Positions 28,746 to 44,259 of a stretch of DNA of 64,000 nt are shown here, piece by piece (within the stretch, counting starts at the first letter, position 1; each line of letters begins with the position of its first letter). The notes under the pieces were generated by a model. The model did no database searches. It was not told where the DNA came from and saw nothing but the letters and a program-made list of their open reading frames with translations. The position numbers and the translations under genes were made by a program. Source of the DNA: the human T2T-CHM13v2.0 reference genome, Homo sapiens; the NCBI RefSeq assembly GCF_009914755.1, contig NC_060929.1. One strand, written 5' to 3'.

Positions 28746-30229
28746 TCTAAGGTGAAAGAATTAATGTATATCACCTTTCTGACATGTGTTAGAAGGCACA
28801 GCAGTTATTGGTATGTTTCTCACTAAATTCTATGCTGCAAGTAAGATTCAAGAGAGAGGTTAAATTATTTCATAATGGTCACACAACTATTTAAAATTAA
28901 GTCCACAATAAAAACATCAGCCAACGCCTAGTCTCTTTTCTCTGTATATTCTAATCATTTTTGTTGATTTGAGTTTGTATGGAAAGCATTAATGGAGCAT
29001 TTTCTGGGCTCAAATTCACATAAAATTACTGGAGGAACCAAATGAGAAAAATGCAAAATCCTCTCAGAAACCTCAGGGAGAAGCCAGACCCATTTTAATG
29101 TCTGAGGTCTTCATTCATTTTTTTTTTCCATTTCTGAAGAGACTCTTCATTTATCATCTTTGCGTCATCCTTTCCTTTGGTTAACGGATGGTGTTACGCA
29201 TATTCTTTGATTACTGACTGATCTTTTATAACTTCTATTTTGTGAGGCATGAAACATTTCGCACCACAAAACATGGCATTTTCACTATAGAGTAACTACA
29301 TATTTATTTCCCTGAAAATGTCCCTGAGATCTGGGTGCTTCATTTTCGGATTTTCCAACTTTTTCCCTTTTATTGATTTCATTATTACTATCAACATCTT
29401 GTCGCGAAATTGTTTCCTTGAAAATCATAGGCAAAATTAATATAGCATTTGTTCACAAATGCTATTGTATTCTCTACTTCCTATGAGAACACATGTCCTA
29501 ACATTAGATGAACTTACAGGCATCAGAACAGGTAAGAAGTGCCTGATATTGAATCTTTTTAATGTTTGACCTTTCTTCATTTACTGCTCTTTAATCACCT
29601 ATGTGCATACCAAGAAGAAAAGGTCATAAACATCATTTCATTCTTTAACTATTACTGATTAAGTAAAGGCATATTAAAACGATAGTTGACTTCCATTAGC
29701 AAGGCAAGTCAAGCAGTTCATAAGTTACCTGTTTTCATTTATGCAATAAATATTAGTAACCTCCTATCACATATGCCAGGCACTGTTTTTGAGTTAGGGA
29801 AATAATGGGGAGCAAAAGATGTGTCTCTACTCTCCTACAGGTTAATTGGGGAGACAAGTAGCAGTCAAACAGAAATGCAAATGAATTTATCATTACAAAT
29901 TAAGACATGTATTCTATCAGAAAAAAAAGAAGAAAAGAAGAAAAGAAAGAAGGAACCAAAGAAAAAACAACTTTATATGTGAGTTTAAACCAAGGGAACC
30001 TACCCTAAAATGAGAATTTGAGGAAGTTAAAGGGAAGCTTCAAGAAAAAGGGATCTTTAAGCTGAGATTTGAAAGATGAGGAAGGTTAAATTAAGAGAAA
30101 ATGATGAAAAAGCTTTTATAAACAGAGAGTATAATCAAATACATGGCATTTGGAAAGAGAATGGAGACTTTAGAGATAGACAGAAGGCAACTTGGCTGGA
30201 GCTCATAGACTGAGGGACAGAGTGATCAT

Positions 30230-30922
<693 letters not shown>

Positions 30923-30932
<10 letters not shown>

Positions 30933-31125
30933 ATCATTAATAAGGCTAGGGTGATAAGCAAACGCCAGACCAGGTGGATATTTTAGGATGTTGAGGATGT
31001 TGCTGTTTACATTAGGAGCAATGGATTAACACAATCATTAATAAGGCTAGGGTGATAAGCAAACGCCAGACCAGGTGGATATTTTAGGATGTTGAGGATG
31101 TTGCTGTTTACATTAGGAGCAATGG
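30923..31125. repeat. Perfect 101-bp tandem duplication
   Basis: GATTAACACAATCATTAATAAGGCTAGG...CATTAGGAGCAATG occurs at 30923 and 31024 with no mismatch seen. Confidence 0.97.
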
Positions 31126-31789
31126 GAAGTAACTGCAGTGTTTTAAGCACAGGGGTATCATAATTAAACAGCTTTGCATTTTGAAAATATTTTTTATGCT
31201 CCTGACAGAGTTTAGGTTTGCTGAACACAGAGAACTCAGTGACCAATTTTGTCCTTTAACGTCCAATTATTATAAAGATTTGATGGGAGAGAAAAATGAG
31301 GGATACACTCTTTAATGCTATTTGGGAATTTCTTTCTTCCTTTCTCTCTTCTGCCTTCCTTTCTCCCTTCTTTTATTTCTGTCTCTCTCTTCAATCGATA
31401 GTATCACTTCCTACTTCTTCAAATAGAAAAGCTACTTGAGAAAGCCATTCACTAAGCTTCACTTAGAAAGATGTGTAGAAGACTGTGAATTCTTATACAT
31501 GGTGTGAAGAAACAGTAATAAATAATAACCAGTGGCCAAATGCAGATTTATAATCTAGAGGCAAATTTGTTTTTCCATTGGATATAATGCTGTGCAGGGG
31601 AAATATGATGTAATTCCATATTTACAAAGATATTCTAATCCAGAGTGGAATGTTATTCAAAAAAACCCATGGATGTTTGATAAAATTATAGTATTAAAAG
31701 GAGCCTCTTCATCTAGACAGAAGTACACCAATAAATACTGAGCAGATGTTTATACTATTTCTCTTAGTGCTCAAAGACGTGAATATTTA

Positions 31790-32275
31790 ATTTATTTATT
31801 CATTCATTCATTTACTAAACACATTTTTATGGATCCCAACCCTATGCCAGGCACTGGTTCTTAGGATATAGGAGAGAACTGAAGAGATAATGATTTTGTT
31901 TTTCTGGGGATTATATTTTGAGTGGGGTAGACAATAAAGAGATAAGCAAGGAAATAGATGGTATGTTAGATGATACAAACAAAGGGAGGTGGGATTGCAA
32001 GACTGCGATTGGGGGGCTTGATATATATATATATGTTTTAAACATTTATATTTATATATTTATATTTGTATATATGAAAAATCACCATCAGTGAGGTTTT
32101 CTCTTAATATACCTATCTTACACATATAATACTTATGAATGTAAGTACATAATACTTATGAATGTAAGTATTATATATGTGTATGTATATATGTGTGTGT
32201 GTACATGTATATATATGTATGTATGTATATGTATATTAAAAGAAAACCTCACTGATGTGGCATTTGAGCAGGTTA
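31790..32275 (-). mobile_element. L2 3' fragment with an internal AT/GT-rich fold-back
   Basis: ATTCATTCATTCATT tail, CCTATGCCAGGCACTG, CCTCACTGATGTGGCATTTGAGCAG. Confidence 0.75.
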
Positions 32276-33150
32276 GAATGCTGACAGCCTAAATCAAAGA
32301 AAACCCTTTTACAATTTTTTCTCAGCCCATTGGGTAAAGACACATAAAGAGTCACCTTAAATGTTATTATTTTTTTAACACCATGTTTAAATGTTGTTTT
32401 CTTGGTATTTGATATTAGAAAATCATGCCAGTGCTACCTCATCCGCAATCTGCCATCCCCTCTTCTGCTTTATTTTTAATTGCTCGAGGCCGATCTACTT
32501 CTGGCTCTGCCTGAAGTGCCTGCTATTTGATGATTATGGATGCTATGAATAGCATGTTTGGGAAAAGATTCACTTCATTTGCAATACAGTTTAATTATAA
32601 AAGAACTTTTTAAACTAATGTTTTCTTGCTAATTCCTTTCTCAAACTTGGTCTTTCTCTTTGTTTAGCAGATGTGTTTTCATTATAAACCCATTTAGCAA
32701 TTTTGAAACAAGTTCACAACAGAGCCCATTTTCTAAACAAATCTGCACAAATATGCAAACTGAACTTGACATTGAGTTTTACAGCTGCAACAATCAAAGG
32801 ATAAATAGTTTTGTCAAGAATTACCATTCTGAGATTGGAGATTAAATCATTTTCATTAATGAAATTCATTTTCAGGGCAGTATCATCGAATACTGTTACC
32901 TGTCTTAATATTCAGAAACAAAATATCATATTTATGTATAATACCATTGATTTTAAAGTATTTAGTTAAGAATCTACTTCTTCAACTCAATAGTACGAAA
33001 ATACGTCAAGCAAAATCTACACACATTTTAAAAATTGCCTTTATGTAAATACTTTAAGGTTGCCTGTCTGTTGTTGGCTTCAATATTTCATAGAATTCTT
33101 TTTAAGTGGATCAAATTATTCAATGTGCACATATGGGTTGTATTATAAGA

Positions 33151-33523
33151 TATTATGGACTAAATGTTTATGTCCTCCCCCACTTCATATGTTGAATCCC
33201 TAAGCCTCAGTGTGATGCTATTTGGGGATGGGGATTTTGAAAGATACTTAGGGTTAGATGAGGTCATGGCAGTCGACTTTTGGTCTGATGAAATGAGTAT
33301 CCTTGTAAAAGACACCAGAGAACTTGCTCTCTCCCTCTCCTCTCACACACAAAGAGATCATGGCTGCATACAAGTCAAGAGAAGAGGACTCAAAATGAAA
33401 CCTACCTTGTTGTTATCTTGATCTTGAACTTCCCAGTCTCTAGAACTGTGAGAAAATAAATTTCTGTCATTTAAGCTACCTGATCCATCATACTTTGATA
33501 TGGCAGCCTGAGCAGACTAAGAT
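33151..33523 (+). mobile_element. MLT1A-like LTR
   Basis: TATGGACTAAATGTTTATGTCCTCCCC..TTCATATGTTGAA...TAGAACTGTGAGAAAATAAATTTCTG...GCAGCCTGAGCAGACTAAGA. Confidence 0.88.
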
Positions 33524-35439
33524 TTAAGCTGTATCTGTTCTGTTAATAAGTGAATTCATCGATAAATACAATATGACAGAAATACTAATCTGATGTTTTT
33601 CTGTGTAGGACATTGGAATAATGAAGCAAAAATATAAAAAAGAAACTGGCAAAGCACATGCACAATGGGCATTCAAGTCATCTTACTGAATACAAACAAG
33701 TACTTAAGAAACACTGACATCACAGGGTCCTGATTCTCCTTACAGACACTTAAAATTCAGAAGCATATGCAAATGAATAGTCCACCTTCAGGCCTGCCTA
33801 GTTTTCAATAGTGTTTGACCTATTAGGCAATATATTAAGGAAAATCAATAAAGTTGACATCTCACTATGGTAGTGATGTTTATTTATCTTTATGTAGTTG
33901 AACTCTTTTATTTTTAAGGAGTATATGAAAATTTTAAATTTTTGTTTAGTTTTTGGACCAGCATAGAACTATTCAAGACATAACTGAAGAACTTATATAA
34001 AATTACTGCTATGATTTAAGTATGTTTTTTATTTTGTGGAAATCTGAATAACATGACATAGAAAGTTATATTCAAAAACAATTGTTAAATATGGTATGAG
34101 AGAGATTGCATGACTAAAATTCCCTCGAGGATTTATGAAAGATGCTTAAAACCACATACAATTTCCTTGTTTTTTTTTTTTTATCACCTCAGTCAGAGTG
34201 AAAGGTAAGGTCATAATGCAAATATTATTTTTACCTAGAGATTAAGGATATGAGAGGGAGGTATTGAATTTATTTTCTCAGTCATGTTTAAAATTAAGCC
34301 AGTTTCCCTTCTCATTCATAGAGTCCACAATAATGTTACAACTTGCCCTTAAATGTCTGGTGAATAACAATTAATGATTAATTACTAGGTCTTTTCAAAT
34401 ATTTTTAATGGTTTGTTATAGGAGATAGTAAATACTAACTAGCCCTTGGTTATGCTTTCTTTTCAACTTAAGTTACATTAAGGTTTAATTCTATCTGAGC
34501 TGAAATAAATCATGCAATTGGGTGTAATTTGTTGGGGGAAAAAGTCTCAAAACAAAACATAAATCATATGCACACAAAACTAATTAAATTAAGTATGATT
34601 CAGAAAAATCTAAAGCACTAAGAAATCAGGACATTCTTACAAGTTAACCTTTGTCAATATGTTCATAGAATTTTAAGTTATTTTGAATAGACAATAAAGC
34701 TACCCAACCAAATTGTGCTCTACATGTACACATTAAACCTTGACCAATATTAATTAGCAAGCAGGCACACAAGAGTTCATGTGGTATCTTTTTTAAGCTC
34801 TCTGTCCTTTGAGGAGCTACAATAATCAATTTATACAAATTGTCACTCACAGCAGAACTAAGAGTCTAGAGGCAAGATTCTTTTACTATCTGGTTGCATC
34901 AGGCAACCAGAAATCATGTGAATTCAAATGCCTGAATTGGCAAGAATAGGGCTTATCTCATAAGTATCTTAACCAACTTATGTATATTGAATACCTTTAA
35001 TTTAACCAATTAAAACTCATTTCTACCATTTGTGATGGTAATTGAAAAGTCACTATTATCACCTATTAAAGCCTACCTCTTACCTTTAAATATAGTAATT
35101 AGCATATCCTTGATTGGTGATGGAGAAATGGATAACAAAATCACTTTGGGCTGTCTCTAGAATGGACTTCAGAAATAGAATGTCAGGGACTGATTTAGCA
35201 CCAAGATTGTAGCCCAGCCTGAAGAATACACATATAGCATCATATTCATACTACACAAAGAATTTTAAACCTGACGAGCTCATCTCTGTCCAACCTATCC
35301 ATTAGGTTGTGTCTGACACCAATGATATATCCTGAGATCTAATTTAATGCAAAATAGATTAGTGCTAATTGTAATGCCATCTAAGAATGATTTTAATTGC
35401 TTTCATCTTGACTTTTCTATTCATTTTGTGTCATATTTA

Positions 35440-35780
35440 CAGTATGCCACATATTGTATTAAACCACCCACATTGTTGAACTCAGGCTTTGTGATATGAC
35501 TTCATTTGACCAATAAAATATGAGTAGAAGTGGAGTGTAATATTTCTGAGAAGGTTTAGGAGGCAGAATATGGTCAACTGTGTTCTCTTTTCTCTCTATC
35601 ACAAGGCTGACAATATTTCAAGCAGATAATTCACACCAGTGTGGGTCAAGAATTAAAATATGGAGCAAAACTGCATTCAACTAATAAGAGTCATATAGCA
35701 TAAGTGAGAAATAAATCATTGTTGTTTTCAGCCACTGAGATATTGGAAATACTATAACATCAATTAAGATATCCTAACAG
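35440..35780 (+). mobile_element. Old MLT1 (H/I/J-like) LTR
   Basis: TGACTTCATTTGACCAATAAAATATGAGTAGAAGTG...GAGAAATAAATCATTGTTGTTTTCAGCCACTGAGAT. Confidence 0.7.
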
Positions 35781-36456
35781 GGTGTAGCCATAGCAAACTA
35801 CCCAGAATTACAAGTAGAGGCTTACTATGTCTTCATTAACAAACCTGGAGTGTGGAATTTGAAAGCTGCTAAGTCTGGGTTACATCCTGACTGCAGCTGT
35901 TACTAGCTTTGTGACTGACTTGTCCACTCTTTGTTTTCCATCTTATTATAAACAAATATTAATAATAATTAAAATAGAACTAATAATATTATTCAGAGAC
36001 TCTAATGAAAGTTAATTGAGAAAATGTGTCTAATATTCTTATGATAAGGCAATATATTATATAAATTTTTTGTTATATGATTATAATGACTTAATTGATG
36101 TCTTAAAAAATACTCTGCTGTGATTCCTTTCTGTGGATAAACCTTATAGGCATAGCATTTCTACTTACAAAAGGAGTTAGGAGTTTGTTTTTACACTTGT
36201 TCATGAAAAAGCTTATTTGCAATTTGATTTCCTAGCACAACTTTGGACATTTCCTTATACTTTTTATATCCAAGGGTAACATTTTATTGGAAGAGCCTCA
36301 TGGCATTGGCAAACTGGAAATATATGCTGAAATATCCACATTTTAGATCAGCAGTTCTCAAAGTTTCTGTTCTTAAAAATTTCTTGGAAATCTCAAAAGT
36401 TGTTGAGGACCCTAATGAGTTTTTGTTTATGTGGGTGATATGTAATGCCTTTATTA

Positions 36457-36880
<424 letters not shown>

Positions 36881-37443
36881 AACCAGGGAATTTCAAATTT
36901 TTTATTTGTTAAAATAAAAATATTACCATTACATATCATTAAAATAATGTTTTATAAAATAACTTTATTTTATGAAACAAAAACTAATGAGATGAATGGA
37001 ATTATTTTAAATCTGTGCAAATCTCTTTAATATCTGACAGTTAAAATATAGCTGGATACTCATACTGCTTTTGTATTCTGTTATCATATGTTGCTTTGGC
37101 TGAAGTCTATAGAAGAAATATGACTTCAAACAGTTGCAAAACGAAGAAATATTTTAGTAGCCTTTTAAAAATTATGGATATTATTCTTTGATATTATACA
37201 AAAACTTGATATGTGGTAGTTTCTTAAAGGTCAGTTGTAGTGTAAAATCTGAAATTATGTAAATGAGCTTTTTTATTGTTATATTAAAATTCAAAGGTCT
37301 ATCTTACACTTTGAACAAATCTGTTACACATTTATGATTGATTTTATAACATCACAGGTTGGTCACTTGAAAATATAGTTTCACTGAGGTACAGTTTTTT
37401 AAAAGGCTGACATATTTCACTTTATATACAAAAATCATATTTA

Positions 37444-37737
<294 letters not shown>

Positions 37738-38118
37738 TCACATTTATTAATTTCCCTACCAATTCCATCAGAAATGTCTTAAGTTTTAGGATGCTCTCAG
37801 GTTCACAATGGCAGATACAATTTATCATTCTAATTTCCATGTGGAAGTCATATTTTATTACTTGCAACAAATATCATGAGTTGTTTTTCTGAGCTGACAG
37901 GTTCACATCATTCATTTTGACAAAACACATGCCAAATACACAAGTCTGTATTATTGTAATTTGTTTTTAGTCATTCCTTCAAATAAAAATTGGTTTCCAC
38001 CAGAAAAGTCGCATAAGTGCCTTTCCTGGAGACCACTGTCATACTCCTACATGCAGCAGGGGTGTCTTACCCATGCTTCCTACTCAGTTACACAAACTAC
38101 TCGAAAGATGTGAATTCA

Positions 38119-38478
38119 AATTGATCTCATATAAGTAAAATGTAGAAAAGAAGATACTAAACACTAGGAAGGGAAATGGGGGATATAGGGAGAGAATTGC
38201 TAAAAGAAAAAATTATAGCTAGATAGGATTATTAAGCTCTAGAGTTCGATAGCACTGTAGGATAACTATAGTTAAAAATAATATATTATATATTTTCAAA
38301 CAGCTAGAAGAAAGAATATTGAATATTCCCAAAACAAAGAAATGATAAATGTTTAAAATGAGACATATGCTAATTACCCTGATCTGATCACTATACATTG
38401 TGTATATTGAAAGATCACTGTGTACCCCATAAATATATACAATTATTATGTTTCAAGTAATAAGAATAAATGATCTAA
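38119..38478 (+). mobile_element. L1MA-type 3' end inside Charlie1a
   Basis: AAAGAAATGATAAATGTTT..ATATGCTAATTACCCTGATCTGATCA..GTACCCCATAAATAT; TSD AAAGATGTGAATTCA / AAAGATGTGAACTCA. Confidence 0.85.
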
Positions 38479-38909
38479 AAGATGTGAACTCAGGGTAGAG
38501 TCTTAAAATATAATTCATTTTATTCATCAAAGACTTTAAGTAAAATGGGCTACTATGCCCCCCCACCTCCATCTTGTTTTTGAAGTTGCGAGTACATGAA
38601 GAAGAATACCACAAAGACTAGTGTGGTTTGATGCCATTGCCCTGATTGTGCTAAGACAGAACTTTTATCTACAACTGCTTTTGCAGTATGAGTGCAAATG
38701 TCAACGCAATGAATAAAAAACACAAATAATGTTATAGTTCCGTTATAGAAATAGTTTTTACCTCTTAGATTCACTGAAATGGTCTTGGGGTCTGGGGGCT
38801 CCAAAGATCACACTTTGAGAACTACTGTTTTAGATAAATGGTTTCCACCTTTGTTTTTGGCTTGGGGATAATGGACTCCTTTAAGAATTTGATGTGAAAA
38901 CCATAATGA

Positions 38910-39160
38910 TAATAATAATAGCTGCCATCTATGTAGAGCATCTAATGTGTCAAATATATACTAAGAATCTTGGACATATTATTTTATATAACCTAAACTA
39001 GAGAGCCATAAGAGATGTATTATTAGACCCATTTTACAATGAGAAAATTGATGGGCCTGAAAGATTACGTAATGTTCCAGGATCCGCTAGCTTTTAATTT
39101 GTGGAGATGAGAATAGGACCCTGGTATTTCAATTACAAAACCCTAGTCATTCTTAACTAC
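38910..39160 (-). mobile_element. MIR SINE
   Basis: AATAATAATAGCTG..CCCATTTTACAATGAGAAAATTGA. Confidence 0.7.
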
Positions 39161-39191
39161 TAGGTCAATTCATTTTTAATAGAAATACATA

Positions 39192-39511
39192 GAGTAGTCC
39201 CTACTTATTCATGGTTTTGCTTTCTACAATTTCAGTTACCTGTGGTCAGTCTGAAAATAAGTGAGTACAGTACAATAAGATGTTTTGAGAGAGAGAGAGA
39301 ACACATTCATCTAACTTTTATTATAGTATAGTGTTATAACAGTTCTATTTTATTATTATTGTTCAGCCTTAATGTATCCATTTTAAAATTAATCAATTTA
39401 TCAATTAATCAATTTTAAATTTATCATAGCATATGTAGGATTTTATGCTATTTGTAGTTTCAGGCACTCATTGGGGGTCCTGGAACATCTGTGGATAAGG
39501 AGGGACTATTA
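39192..39511 (+). mobile_element. MER44A (Tigger7-derived MITE)
   Basis: AGTAGTCCCTACTTATTC..TTTCAGTTACC..GTGAGTACAGTACAATAAGA...GGATAAGGAGGGACTA; TA flanks. Confidence 0.88.
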
Positions 39512-41139
39512 TATTTGAATATAAATTGGAGACGACGCAGGAACCTGAAAAGTCAATTTATATAAATACTTATTTGTTGGAATCTATCTAGATCACTTAT
39601 ACATATTCCAAGTAAGACTTTTTTTGGGGTGGTTTGCCATGAAGCAGCACTATTTACACCTTTTCCTATAGAAAACCCTTGCTTTTGTTCTATCTTTTGA
39701 TTCCTATTTCTACATTATTTTATATTGTAAAAATTTAGTCTCCCATATCATGGAGAGTCATTTATAAAATTTTGGTAGAAAAGTTGACAACTTCTTTTTT
39801 AAAGTCTAGATCCTTTCTTTTTGAAACTGATGGAATTTCAGTGGTTCTATTTTATTCACATGCTCACTTGAGACCCTCATATCACTTTAGATTAATCAGA
39901 CACAGCTTCCTTTTCCAAAAGGGTGTTATTTTCTTTTAGATGCTACTTCTATGGGAAAAGGACCTTGTTTGATGTCTATGTTGTCTCCTGTGTGACTCCA
40001 GATAAGCAAGACATGGCAATGAGGGGGTGTCTCATATACTTTACCCTGCCAAGGACTGATAACCCAATGGAGTGTGTTCATTTCCTACTTCGATTGATTC
40101 TTCCCTCTCAGATGACAAGTTCGTGGAATTTGTGGGGACTCTGCTCTAAGAGTGGTAGCCAGGTGCGTTGCCAGTCACCCACATCTAGGCTGAGAGAGAG
40201 TAACTAGCCACCAGCATAGGACACACTAGCTGTGTGCATTCTGTGGTTTTCTCAGAGGGCAGACGACGTGGTTGCTGGCTCTGTGTGGTTGCCATTCACA
40301 CCTACTTCTGGACTTGAACTGGCAAAAAAGGAGTATCTATTGCTATTGAAAACTCATATAACCACTCTTACTGATGATAGGCTTCAACAAATAGTTCCTG
40401 GGCACTTACTGCAGGCACAGTGTTAGAAACACGGAAGCAACAGAAGCAAGACAGCAGGTTCTGGCTCTCAGAAAGTCTGTTGTTTATGGGTGAAGTCAGC
40501 TGTAAATATATAATTATATACTCAGTTATTGTCTACAAGTAAACACATCATTGGTGTTCTTTTTACTTCTGCTTGGTTATAAGAAAAAATTACTTTAGAA
40601 AAGGGAAAAATCTTTCCAAACCACCCAGCTAGTCTCACCCCAGGCCTCTCCTGTGGGCTACTAAGCTGCAGCCACACAAAACACCTTCCTGAACATACCA
40701 TTCATTCCTTTGCCCCCTTTCTCTTCCAGGAAAGTGACTCCTTCTTTAAGCCCCAGTTCAAGTGTTACCTTATCTGTGGAGCCCTCTTCAACTTTCCAGT
40801 GAGAGCAAATTGGTCCCTCTGTTGTGTTTCCTGGAACTTGGAGAAAGCAAAAAGCATGAAGTTTCCTTTCCAGGAGTAGGAATTCAGAGCTCTTGCATTT
40901 GAAGTCCAGCTCTGCTACCTCTTGTGTGATAGTGGACTACTTGCTTAAAGTCACCAAGTCTCAATTTCCTCAACTAAGGTATGGAATAGGTTGACTGTGC
41001 CCCTTTGTGAAATAACACCAGGAGGCCTAGTGTATAGTAAGCACTCAGGGTTTATGTCTAATAATATCCTAGTGACTGCAATTCATCTCTTAGTAGTGTA
41101 ATTAGTTGTCTATCTGTCTTCTTCATGAATCTGAGAACG

Positions 41140-42035
<896 letters not shown>

Positions 42036-42043
42036 AAAAAGAG

Positions 42044-42355
42044 GGCTGGGTGCGGTGGCTCATGACTTTACGTAATCCCAGCATTTTGGGAGGCTGAGGT
42101 GGGTGGATCACCTGAGGTCAGGAGTTAGAGACCAGCCTGGCCAACATGGTGAAACCCTGTCTCTACTAAAAATACAAAAATTAGGTGGGCATGGTGGTGC
42201 AAGCCTGTAATCCCAGCTACCTGGGAGGCTGAGGCAGGAGAGTTTCTTGAACCCCGGAAGCTGGAGGTTGCAGTGAGCCGAGATGACGCCATTGCACTCC
42301 AGCCTGGGTGACAGAGAGAGACTCTGGCTCAAAAATAAAGGAAGAAAGAGAAAAT
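42044..42355 (+). mobile_element. AluS-type
   Basis: GGCTGGGTGCGGTGGCTCA...GATCACCTGAGGTCAGGAG...GCACTCCAGCCTGGGTGACAGAG. Confidence 0.95.
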
Positions 42356-43632
42356 AAATTGCCTCCCCTACCCCTTGGAGTCTGTGCATAGTTTGGTTTA
42401 GAGGAAATACTGAGTAAACACTAATTTAGGTTTAAAAAATTCCTTGTGGTAGGTATTTGAATTTACAGATTATCTCATCAGTTTGTATCTTTAAAAGAGA
42501 CTAGGAAGGATGATTTCTTGTGTGAACAAGTTTTTGTATTCCATTGAGCTGTGGATTTTCAGTGCTTGTATTGGGGTCATTTTTAGAAACCCCTTATGAA
42601 AGTGTTTATTATTTAGTGCTTTCCTCCCACAGCACTCACCTCACAGCTGGAAAGTGTATAAAATGTTATTTATTTTGCAGTGAGAGGGGTGTGTGTATGT
42701 GTGTGTTTTCTCCTGTGTCTGGAAGCTTGAAAGAAGGTAGAACTTATCTTTGCACTTGTGAAATTTTTATTTGGGCTTTTGAATCATAAAAATTTTTCAT
42801 TAAGAGGTTTAGATCATCCATGACTAGTTTTTACTCTAAAAGGCAGTGTCATATTTACAAGGGCTTAGAAGGAATAATTCTAGTGCAAGGTCGGAATGCA
42901 GCCAGCATTTATAGTAATTGGCTTTCCCATCATTCCATGGCTATTACGATTTAATAATTAAGTCTACAGCCAGGTTGCAGGGTCATTCTTTCTCATTTGT
43001 TCAATATTTTAAAATATAAATTATGTGATGTTATCTGAAAAAAAATTCACCCTCCTAATTTTATTCTTTTGGAATGTGTCTTTCAGTCTTGAAAATATCA
43101 GTGTTTATCCTAAATATATTAGTAAAAACCTTTTGTTCAGGTTACAGGTGATGTGTATGCATATATACAAATACACTGCCAGAAAAGACAACTACATATG
43201 TACATAAATATAACATTTCTTTGATAGCAGGGGAAGTGAATAAGCAGAGTATTAGTGATGCTCAGATATCAGTTACTCAGAGAAGTACATGTTACAGATT
43301 TCTAATAATTAATTTTTTAAATGGCCACAGAGCCAACAATTTGTGAAGTGGCCAGATTAATTTTTATTATGTTTTGTTGCAATATGATTTTTTTGCTTGA
43401 TCACTGAAAAGGAAAAAAAAAACAAATCTCTTTTACTGATTCAATAGTGTAACACCAAATGTAAAATAAGCCACTAAACATAAGGTATAAGTCTGTGGGT
43501 GGGAAATTGCAAAATTTAAATGACTTTATTATCAAAGGAAAAGGCAAGAAGAATAGAAAAGAGTTCAGTTCAGTTTAGTATGGGGTATTTGCATATGTGA
43601 GTGTTCTGTGCTCACTTGCAGGTCATTGTGAG

Positions 43633-44259
43633 TTGTTTTTTGTTTGTTTGTTTGTTTTTTCACTGTTTGCTTTTATTGGGAAACGGACACAGGGCATATC
43701 AAGGGGTGGGAAGCCAGTTGATGCCTTCAGGCAAGACCCACAACAACTGCAGCCAGAATCGGGAACACCTCCATGGCCAGGCCTCAGCCCAACACCACAA
43801 GGGTATGGGCAGAAGAGGTCCACCTTTCCGTATTGTGGTCACCAGCCTTTTCCAGGAAAATCAGTGGCCCCATAGTGAGGTATGCTTCTTTTGGTCTTGC
43901 GCCTGCAGTTGCTAGAAGCAGATTTGTGCCACAGTGGGGTGCCTTCTGGAATGACCTAGAATGCCACAGTCACCCTATTAAGGTGATATTCACAGATGTC
44001 AGCAGTGTCTTCTACTGGGGACCAGCTATTGGAAAACTTGCTGAAGGAACAGGCTTTGTTTAGTTGATCTGGGACTTGGTCAACCAGATTGACCTTCAGA
44101 TAACAGGTGATATATATTGTGTTTCTGGAGACATTAGCAAAGTGGAAGACATTCACTGTGAATGGGAAAGCCTGGTAAAATAGGGCTTTGAAGGCAGAAG
44201 AGGCATCCAAGAGACCATCCACAAGACAGCTGTGGAAGTCAAGGGTGGTGTGGAGAGGC
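43633..44259 (-). pseudogene. ZP3 (pseudogene): Processed, 5'-truncated pseudogene of zona pellucida glycoprotein 3 (ZP-C domain end, EHP, TM region, poly-A remnant)
   Basis: Minus-strand translation [67 protein letters not shown] matches ZP3 ([63 protein letters not shown]). After frameshifts it reads LTMGPLIFL, a hydrophobic TM segment with two in-frame TGA stops, and ASHPLICPVSVSQ*. The TAA stop lies inside AATAAA (43677-43672), followed by an (A/AAAC)n tail. No introns. Confidence 0.95.
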
